A stretch of DNA of 64,000 bases from Acanthaster planci (taxonomy: Eukaryota), in NCBI RefSeq assembly GCF_001949145.1, contig NW_019091359.1:3388431-3452430 (forward strand), given 5' to 3'. The translations under genes were made by a program, and so were the position numbers. Shown here one piece after another: positions 55,619-64,000 of this stretch (positions are counted from its first letter, which is position 1; the number at the start of each line of letters is the position of its first letter). The notes under the pieces are model-generated. The model ran no database searches. It worked only from the letters and a program-made list of their open reading frames with translations, and had not been told where the DNA came from.

Positions 55619-55840
55619 TATACCCAGCAAGAAATGAGACCGAGGGGTACCCCCCCAACATGTCCAATCCCTATACACATTCTNNNNNNNNNNNNNNNNN
55701 NNNNNNNNNNNNNNNNNNNNNNNNNNNNNNNNNNNNNNNNNNNNNNNNNNNNNNNNNNNNNNNNNNNNNNNNNNNNNNNNNNNNNNNNNNNNNNNNNNNN
55801 NNNNNNNNNNTTCTCTCCGTCTCATACCTTGCTGCATATG
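55619..55840. mobile_element. Non-autonomous DNA transposon with ~25-bp TIRs and 8-bp TSD (hAT-like), interior in assembly gap
   Basis: TSD agctgaaa at 55611-55618 and 55841-55848. Left end tatacccagcaagaaatgagaccga matches the reverse complement of the right end, catatgcagcaaggtatgagacgga. Removing the element restores the GPCR frame ...NSVIFQLIRTIILVV. Confidence 0.8.
55684..55810. other. Assembly gap (inside the TIR element)
   Basis: Run of N. Confidence 1.
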
Positions 55841-58804
55841 AGCTGAAATATCACCGAGTTGTTCTTGGGGTCCTCCGCAGAATTATATTCAGCGTCAACG
55901 GCAGTGATAGTTTTGTCCATGAGTGAAGAGGTCTCCATTATTTTGAGCATCTGTAGCCTATGCTTTGATTACCGCCTTTTGAAGTGTTCCTTGTGTGCGC
56001 GTGAAGACCATCGCTCACGCACTACGATGGAGTCAACACAAGAACTGCCAGATGATGTGAGAAACCCTGCGGGTTACATCGATATTTGCAATGAGGTCCT
56101 CGGGCAACTTTAACCCTTAGCATTTTTGCCCTAATTCAAGTAAAATGCCAGAGGTGAACTTGACAATATTAAATGTTACTTGAATACAACGCAGATCTAA
56201 TATTCAGATCAAATGTTTTCACTTCCTCGATGTACGACATTTTCAATAGTCAAACACATGAACATCAGTCGACAATTTAGTGGAAAATACTGGTGAATTT
56301 CACGCTGTCGCATGCATTATTGGTGTGTGTGTGTTTTTTTTGTGTGTTTTTTTTCCTTTGGGGAGGGCACTACAAAACCAGCTTGGTATCCTCACTTTTT
56401 GAACTGTGGGAATTTTTGTCCATTTTTTTGTCAAAAATGCCTCTTCGTGTGACATTTTGGGAAATATCGTCTAGATTATTCCTCCCTATGACAGGACAAA
56501 GGAGGGGCATGCAAACAAGCGTTATTTATCAGCACCCTGGCATATCTCGGATACAATTTGATTCTGATCTTATTAAACAGTAATTTTTGCATCTTGCGTG
56601 CGCCATTTGTTTGATAAATTCACTTGAATGGTCGGGGAGTAGTAGGGTAAAAGCAAGACAGGGCAGTTTGTACATGGAAAATGAATACCTTATTTGCACA
56701 TCTGCATCGGCAGTAAATGTAAAAAAGGCGGACTACTCAAAAGTAATGATCACAGTTTAATTTTAGGGCATTCAAGATAAGAACAAAAAAAGAATTCTCT
56801 GCACTTACGCTTTTGAAAGCCGACAAAAAAAATCGTTCTTATAAACCTAAAAAATCTCTGTCATCTGATTAGTAAATTGCAGATCACGTGATATTAAATA
56901 TTCCGAATGATGAAGAGCGCAGCCACCACATAACTTGCAACTAGAAGGGGGGAGGGGGGAATGGAGAATTTCGCCCGTTACCTCACATTATCCCTACCAC
57001 ACAATGCACTTATTTGGTACTCTTAACCATGTGGGGGGGTAGGATTTTTGAAAGGTCATCCCCGTGCGGAGCGTGACACGGCACAGGGTCCATGAAGGTC
57101 CCACTACAGTTAGGGGCGCACATAAAGTCAGGGACTTGAAAAGTGTAGGGGACACGATTATATTGGTAACCCCTCATCACAAAAAGGGGGAAATATCCTC
57201 CATTTCCCGGATCTCCGTCCAAGAACGTAACCTTAGTTCTCCTCTGGAGACTAAGTTGAGACTTCCATCACTGTAAATTAGTTCGCAAAAAAAACTCATG
57301 CATATTAACTTTTTTAGGGTGTTATTTTCCTTGGTGCACAATTCAAAGTTACTCATAGATCGCTTTAATTGTCATCAATTAAACAGATATCTCAGGAAAA
57401 ATCTTAAAAGGATTGCACTTTAATTAGCACGAAGAGACAGGTGTGGCTGTCGTGGAGAGGGCTAAAACGTTAATTTTTTTCATCCACTGAAGACCATCCC
57501 CAAAAGCAGTAGTAAGTGTTTGTTATGTTCATGTCGGGAATTTGCCACTGTTGTCTCCCTGTTGCTTCATCTTGGTGATCAAGAATTATATGCCGTCACT
57601 AACTTTCGATTTTTCTCAAGAAAGTTGCTAAGTCAGCCATTCTAACTTGTGATGTGCATCTATATCCCATTGTGCAGTCGCGGTACTGTCCACACTTGCG
57701 GATTTGCCCGTTAGGGGCACTTTCTAAAGTCGCGCGGATAGATTGTTTTGTCTTTTTTTTTGTTTAAGAGGAATCGAGACCCGTCAGACACATAAGTGGG
57801 GGGTGGGGGTCTTAGAGGGCACGCGCTTGAAGTTGAAGGCAATGGAATTTAGTTAGCTCTTTTCAAATTAGCAACGGGTTTTGCATGCCCCGACTAGATT
57901 TGTCCTTGATCTTCTCAAATCTCTCAAATTCATCTAATTATAGGCCTACTCAGTAAAAATTGATTGAACAGAAAACGACAGATGGTGAACTAAGCTTTAG
58001 TTTGATGGGTGTTTCAAAAGTTTTAGACATTTTTCTTGATTTGTTGAAGTGAAGGTAGCATGGGATTGTCGGCAACCCCAAATTGGCCGACCATGTTCAC
58101 AATAGTAGTCTCCCGAGTAGGAACGAGCGAATGATTCTCGATTGTATCGTACTGTGTGTAGTGCGCCCTCTATAAAAGCCCTCGACGCCGGGCGATTTGG
58201 ATAATATTTGGGGATAGAATAGCAAATGTCAATTCAGAGGAAAACTACTGGTCGGTTTTTGACTGGAATTTAACTCGTATAAATTGATAAACGTTCGTTT
58301 CAGTTTTCCGGGATTTTAATTTCTTAAGAAGCTGTTGCTGGACAATGCAGAGCCGTGTCTTTTCCTTCCTCCATGGTTAAATTTAGCAGAGCACGTGGGC
58401 CTATTTATAATAGTATGCTATTTTATGAGAAGCTCCAAAAGTTCATTATATTCTTGAAAAAGTCATATTTATTCTTTCGCCGTTGGTCCTAAACTGTAAA
58501 CAAAACATGTAGGCCTATTACTTTTAAAATACGAGCTTGATGATGTTTTTGATCATGAACTGTACGATACACAGCGAGACCGCACGTGAACTTGTGACCC
58601 GTCACATAATGTTAATGATCAATCCGCCGGGCCAGCGGCATAATGTACTCACGTACATGACGTACATGTAGGCAACAATTTTGTGTCGAGCTGAGAGAAG
58701 TGCGAATTACATTCCACATTATTATTTAGTCCAAATTTAATCTAGGCTTTGCTTTGTACTTGAAGAAAAAAAGTCGCCCCCCAAAAATCTTTAGTGCAGC
58801 AGAT

Positions 58805-58970
58805 ATGAGCAAGGATAACAGTGCAGCAACACGAACGGGGACTTCCTCCGCTAGCCGTCGATCATCCACGGGGACTGCGTCTTATGAGAAATGGAAACTT
58901 TACCGCCAGAGATCGGAGTCGCATACCGGCCATCATGCTGGTAGACATGTCATATCCAGGCTTGCGGGAG
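58805..58970 (+). CDS. Candidate first coding exon of an unidentified plus-strand gene
   Basis: ATG-initiated MSKDNSAATRTGTSSASRRSSTGTASYEKWKLYRQRSESHTGHHAGRHVISRLAG ends at a good donor GAG|gtatgt. It is CpG-rich relative to its flanks and there is a TATAAAA near 58171. No family was recognised and no downstream exon was identified. Confidence 0.3.
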
Positions 58971-59744
58971 GTATGTGGAAAGGTGATCTTGTATTTGTAA
59001 GAGCAAAAGCTTGATATTTATAAGAAATGATTTCGGCATTGATTTTGTAAACCCTAATTTGCATGACCAAGCTGGGAAAGAATTCACATGTACATGATGT
59101 AGGAAATGAATGCCATTGACCTTGCCTTGATTTCCACTGCATAAGTAATAAAATGCCCTAAAAAAGAAAAATTTAGCTGTGAAAATATGGAGACATTCGC
59201 AAAGAGTTCCATTTATGGATGTCACTTGATACCCTGTGCATAAACCCTTAAAGACTGGTCTGAAAAATTCTGAATTTTTTTTTTCTAATTAGACTAAACG
59301 GTATTTTCCTTACTAAGTTCATGGTTTATGCACAGGATGACAAGTGGACGTGTCCGTACATGTATATCGTGTGTATCTATAGAATTCTTTCCATAATAGG
59401 ACCTAAGCAGGCCAACGTAAAGCTTTACATTAGTACTAGTATACATGTGCTTTCTGCAGCATGTAAGTACTTTAACCAAGTTCTGTTGGTCAGAAACTTA
59501 GAACAGAAGCCACCGGTACCTGTATCCCATTTTTAATCATCTACTGTTTATGAGGTCAAAACACCAGGGTTTTGAATCTAGTCTTGATGAATTACGGTAC
59601 ATTTTAGCCTACATTGAATCTAGAACTCCACTTTCTTAACTAAATTTTTCCCACAAGAGTACCATCTGGTTTTCTGGTACCGGGATGTAATACAAAATTT
59701 CTACAAACTGCTTGCTGACTACAGTGATCTAAAATACAAATCAC

Positions 59745-60828
59745 AAAATATGGAGGGCCTGACGTTTTGATTCTAGCAGAACCTATCTCAAAGGCAAAAT
59801 GACAAGTAGACTAGGACAGACAAGCAAACAGAAAATTCAACCAAGCATTCCAAGCATGGATGAATGCAGGAGGACAAAAGGAAAGGTCAGGAAAGCTGCA
59901 GGCTGGATAAAGGTGCAAGGGGTAAAGGGGGCTGCCTGGAAGGCATGGTTGATTAACAAAGGGATGTAAGGTGGGAAGAGATCAAAGAAAAAATACAAAT
60001 GGATTGGAACATACTGGACCCCAAGGGGGGGTTACAATCTGCAGACAGAAGAGAGGGAAAGAACAGAGTGCTAATTAGTAGTTTCCCTCTTGGATGTTCA
60101 GGCCATGGCGTTGTATAGTACGGAGGCGTTTGATCCAAAGCTCCTCCCGGTTGAAGCAAACAGCGTCTTTACGGTGCCCAAGTGATTCTATGCCCTGTAA
60201 GATCATGTCAGACATAGAATGGTAGGAAGGTTGAAGTGTTGACCTACAGGGGTATCTATTTGTTGGTGTTGACCATAGATCTGTGGCCAACACTGCACAC
60301 CCTGCAAGCCTCAGAGGTAGGATACCAGGTATATTGTCTTTAGAGGAGCTACAAGTGATAGTGCCTTTGGTTCAGTGGTTTGAACCGGAGGAGTGTCCAG
60401 AGAATGTGTCTGATTCCAGGACATGGTTCCGGCAAACAACACATCTGTTAGAATTACTCTTGAATGTGCCTTGCTGGGAGGGGAGAGTAAGCTGGACATT
60501 TTCATCAAGATTCTGATTCGGATTATTTTAACAAAGAACAACCAAATTCTATTAAACTCTGTAAACTACAAGTATATCTCGACAATTATACATACATCAG
60601 TAAAATTGTTAAAGTTCATTTCTTTACTCTCAGTACTGTTAAAGAAAGAGATGATTTTGGCTATGTGCAAATATGTCTTTTAGTGTGGACAGACCTACAT
60701 TTACACCTGTAGATTATCTATCCATGCTTTGTTGATTCCCCATTTGTTTGTTTGTTTGTCCTGTCCACTTGTCATTTTGTCTTTGAGAAACTTCTGCTAG
60801 GATTGAAATGTTAGGCCCTCCATATTTT
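59745..60828 (-). mobile_element. Penelope-like retroelement remnant (GIY-YIG endonuclease C-terminus) bounded by ~110-bp inverted terminal repeats
   Basis: Minus-strand fragments ITCSSS...GHRSMVNTNK...DTPVGQHFNL...HSMSDMILQGIESLG...REELWIKRLRTIQRHGLNIQEG match the pattern of PLE GIY-YIG ends. 59745-59861 and 60720-60828 are inverted copies (aaaatatggagggcctgacgttttgattctagcagaa versus ttctgctaggattgaaatgttaggccctccatatttt). Confidence 0.75.
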
Positions 60829-61304
60829 ATAGTTTTCTAGTAAGTATTCAAATCGAAACCAAATCGACAGATGTTTATGCAGACGAATGCCCCTATAATT
60901 GTACAGTGTGTTCAGGTTCATGTATGCAATCATTTTTTTTGGGGGGGGGAATATTCTATTATGATGTTAGACTTTGACGAATGCTTACATGTCCCATAAA
61001 ACAGTCACAGTCCAGACACAAAAGTGTGAATTAAGGTATCAACAGATGACTGTATTGGATCTTAGACGTGAAACCATTGCTCACATTTTTTGATCAATGA
61101 GATACAGTACTAAGTGTACATGTACCTATGAAATTCAGTGTTGGCATCTGTGATTGTGTAAGTGACATGTACAGTGTACTTGCAATAAATTTGTATTTCT
61201 GGTGATGACACCAAGGATTTCTCAAAAGTGCCCTGGGCACTGTAGCTCACAAGCCTGAAGAAACCTGTAGAGAGGAGACAATGAGAAGCAGTTACAGTTT
61301 AGAG

Positions 61305-61455
61305 GTGGGAGGAAAACCCCAGAGGAATATTCTGGGTAAAACCCACAGAGTCAGGTAGGGACTGAAAACCCAATCCACATGTGGACCGAGCCAGAAATCA
61401 AACCTGGACCGCAGAGGTGGCAGGCGAGGAAAGAACCACTACTGTACGCCAACCT
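61305..61455 (-). mobile_element. Degenerate tRNA-derived SINE
   Basis: Plus strand ggaggaaaacccc...aaaacccaca...aatccacatg...aatcaaacctggaccgcagaggtggcaggcgagg...ccactactg is the reverse complement of an A/B-box head plus a GGGTTTT core typical of invertebrate SINEs. Confidence 0.55.
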
Positions 61456-62112
61456 AAGTTTCCCACCTGCTATCTTTGAGTTCATTTCAAGTGGAAATTT
61501 GCTACAAGAGTTCCTGATATGAGACAATCATTGTACAACTCCCAGTTTCTTCATAGTGCAAAGTCTGAAGTTAGATGGTATGCTCAACTATGTATTCTGT
61601 GCCATAGGCAAAGTCCAGCGTTTGTTCAATGCTAAATGTGGAATAGTCGATCCCTGTAATGTTACTGCTTGTTGGAGATAGATGTACACGTACTAGGCCC
61701 GTAAAATTTACATGTATCTGTAAAAATTTGATGGGATTTTCTTTAGATGGAGATGCTGAATTTCCATGTATTCTTAAGAATCCAAACTGCAGGGAACGGC
61801 CATTGTCTGAATTTTGTTTTTATTACAGGAATATTTATGCGTACCCAATCTGTTTGCAATTTTTGCATGTGTACACCTGTAGATAACACATACTGTGTAT
61901 CAGTTACTGTTAATATTTATTTTATTTGGTTCTGCATATGCAGACGTGTGATGTGTGATGCCTGGTGTATGGTACCGGTAACGGTTAAACCCAGTTTTTA
62001 CCGGGAAAAAATTGTGCATGGTCCTTTCAGCATGAAAACATGCTGCATTTTGGGGATCTAATTTTTAAAAAGTGAAAAAATGAGTACCAGTAGTTCTTGT
62101 TGTGATAGCCTA

Positions 62113-62351
62113 GGGGCCAATTTAGCTGCTTAATTAATTTGCTTAAGTGCAAGAAAACCTTGATAAATAATAAATCAGGTAACCAGCCCAAACTCCATGT
62201 GATGTACCTGTATATTGTTTTGGGATTGTGTTTAGCTGTTTTTTGGTTGGCATGACAATCAGAGTTTGAGCTGGTAACCTTTGTTTATTAAGCAAAGTTT
62301 TCTCCGGCTTAAGCAAATTTTGTGCCTAAGCAGCTCTGTGAAATTGGCCCT
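62113..62351. mobile_element. Palindromic MITE (gggccaattt...aaattggccc); a degenerate relative probably lies at about 225-395
   Basis: Terminal and internal inverted repeats: gctgctta/taagcagc, atttgcttaag/cttaagcaaat, aggtaaccagcccaaactc/gagtttgagctggtaacct. Confidence 0.7.
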
Positions 62352-64000
62352 GTACCTTGGACTTGTTTGTATACTCACTTTTGCCGTCAGTACAGCTGTG
62401 TAACAATGGATTATCATGTGAATATTGATTGTAGGGAAAGTAGCTAAAGAAATATGCAATTTGGTGGCTCAAAACACTGTTTCTCTGACTTTATGCCATG
62501 CAGCTGTCCTATATGGCTTTTTGCATATTCTGCATGAATACCATCAGGAATGCAACTTACATGAACTGTACATGTAATGTACACGTTTGTGTGTATTATG
62601 ACACACAGAAACTGAACTTTAACACACCAGACAGTTGTTTGAAGGACTTTATGCCTGTGGTTTACCTGTACATGTAGTTTCAAGCAAAACATTAAATAAA
62701 GGCATTAGTTCTTACTAGATAAGGGTGAGATTTGTCGTGATTTTTTCATCAAGCTTTTCCTGATTTCAGGATTTTCCAAGCAGTCTCGTCTTAAAATCTA
62801 AAAAATTGTTTATCATCAAGGTAGTTTTACTAATTTGCATGTACAAGTACAGGTACACATGAATGCATAAATGTACAGTACCATACACCATAGACTGTAG
62901 GCTGCTGGGGGGCTCTTAATACCTCTGCTAATAATTTTAGGGGTGCTTCAGTTTCTTCTACTGGTAATCATGCCCTTGATTAAGCCAAAAACAAGAAAGG
63001 AAACAAAGTCAAAAACACATACACAACCCCCCTCCCACAAAAAAATTAGCTGTGTCTCTTGTAATGTCCCAAACTTGTCATTTTATCAAAAAAGTGAAAT
63101 TAAATATATTTTGAGAGCCTAATTTTTGTGTATACAGGTGTACACTATCCTGTATTTTTATTTTTTGTAATTGAAGTTTTAATTATTTTTAAAAGCTCAA
63201 CCACCTGCTCAAATTCCAATTAATATTTTTTCTTGTGCTTATTAAATCTGAGATGAGCCTTTACAAACTTATGTTAATTAAAGGAGTGAAAGAAAAAAGA
63301 GACATTGTGCCATCGGTATTTTTGCATTTGTAGCTGAAAAACAAATTCCTCCAGTCTACTCATTTACATATATGTCAGCTCTACTGTTGTAATAAAAACC
63401 ACCTACCAGTACCAGTACTATGGGCATGGCCATGGAGCTTTTTGGTATGGCATATCATGCCACTCAGGATAAGATGTTTGTGTGGCTTTGCATATAACTG
63501 TATATATCCATTGTTATGGTTGGGTCCACTATCCCATCCTCATGGTTTAACTTGCCTCATGTTTTCTTTGGACAATCTACATGTATACACAACAGTAACC
63601 ATGAGTTATGCAATCTCTCCTGAACAGTCAATGCACTTTGACATCACCTGATGATTAGACCCAAGTCAGCATGCATAATGAGCAGTTCTGTACATGCTCC
63701 TGACAATGGGGTGAGGTGACTCGTACAGAATTGGACAGAGCAGAGTTGGACTTCATGCAGTGTGAATCTATTGTTAGCAAAAACAAAGTCCGTTTGTATA
63801 GTAAGTCTTCAGCTGGATTCTACATTGAAGGAAAGAATGGAGTAGGCCTAGCGGTAGTTGAACCATAACAGAACCCAGATACGTTCTGCATGCAGAGTGA
63901 GTGGCATGTTTTGGTCATGCATTGAACACGTGCTGGAGTGAATGGTACTCTATATGTACATGTATATCTGTCACACTTGTGCATTGCACAATACATGATT

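Larger units (their letters stand above)
54493..55950 (-). pseudogene. Disabled paralogue of the adjacent class A GPCR
   Basis: ATG at 55950. The ORF is interrupted by a TIR element at 55619-55840, the DRY tyrosine codon is TAA (55325-55327), and there are frameshifts near 55140 and between about 55055 and 54940. It shares motifs with the 50430-51593 gene: MALAWAD, LQRxTTKMLF, LTWxPYW, FRKDCVDV. Confidence 0.85.

Noticed and set aside
54493..55950. Second GPCR as an intact gene rescued by introns or stop readthrough
   Set aside because: It has four independent lesions (insertion with TSD, TAA in DRY, two frameshifts), and the intact paralogue is intronless.

Overview
This is AT-rich, intron-rich animal genomic DNA with three assembly gaps. 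The repeat and gene content suggests a marine deuterostome, probably an echinoderm such as a sea star, but that is inference. Exons were reconstructed by hand from GT/AG sites and reading-frame phase. From left to right the window holds: (1) the 5' seven coding exons of an SLC37/GlpT-like MFS transporter (minus strand, runs off the left edge); (2) head-to-head with it, a 5-exon, 287-aa uncharacterised gene (plus strand) that joins hydrophobic helices to a CxxC...DHQPP...CxxC HNH-like (beta-beta-alpha-metal) zinc domain, reminiscent of bacterial polymorphic-toxin nuclease tips; (3) a 33-exon, about 1990-aa type II transmembrane mosaic serine protease (minus strand) with the order TM-SEA-mucin-dead protease-Fz-CUB-LDLa-CUB-LDLa-SEA-LDLa-CUB-LDLa-CUB-LDLa-Fz-active trypsin-like protease; (4) an intact intronless rhodopsin-class GPCR and a paralogue disabled by a TIR-element insertion, a nonsense codon and two frameshifts; (5) a possible first exon of a further plus-strand gene. 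Repeats include piggyBac-like MITEs, a foldback-like element with a 31-bp minisatellite, tRNA-derived SINEs and a Penelope-like remnant with inverted terminal repeats. The most promising novelty is the membrane-associated HNH-like gene, followed by the double-protease mosaic protein.
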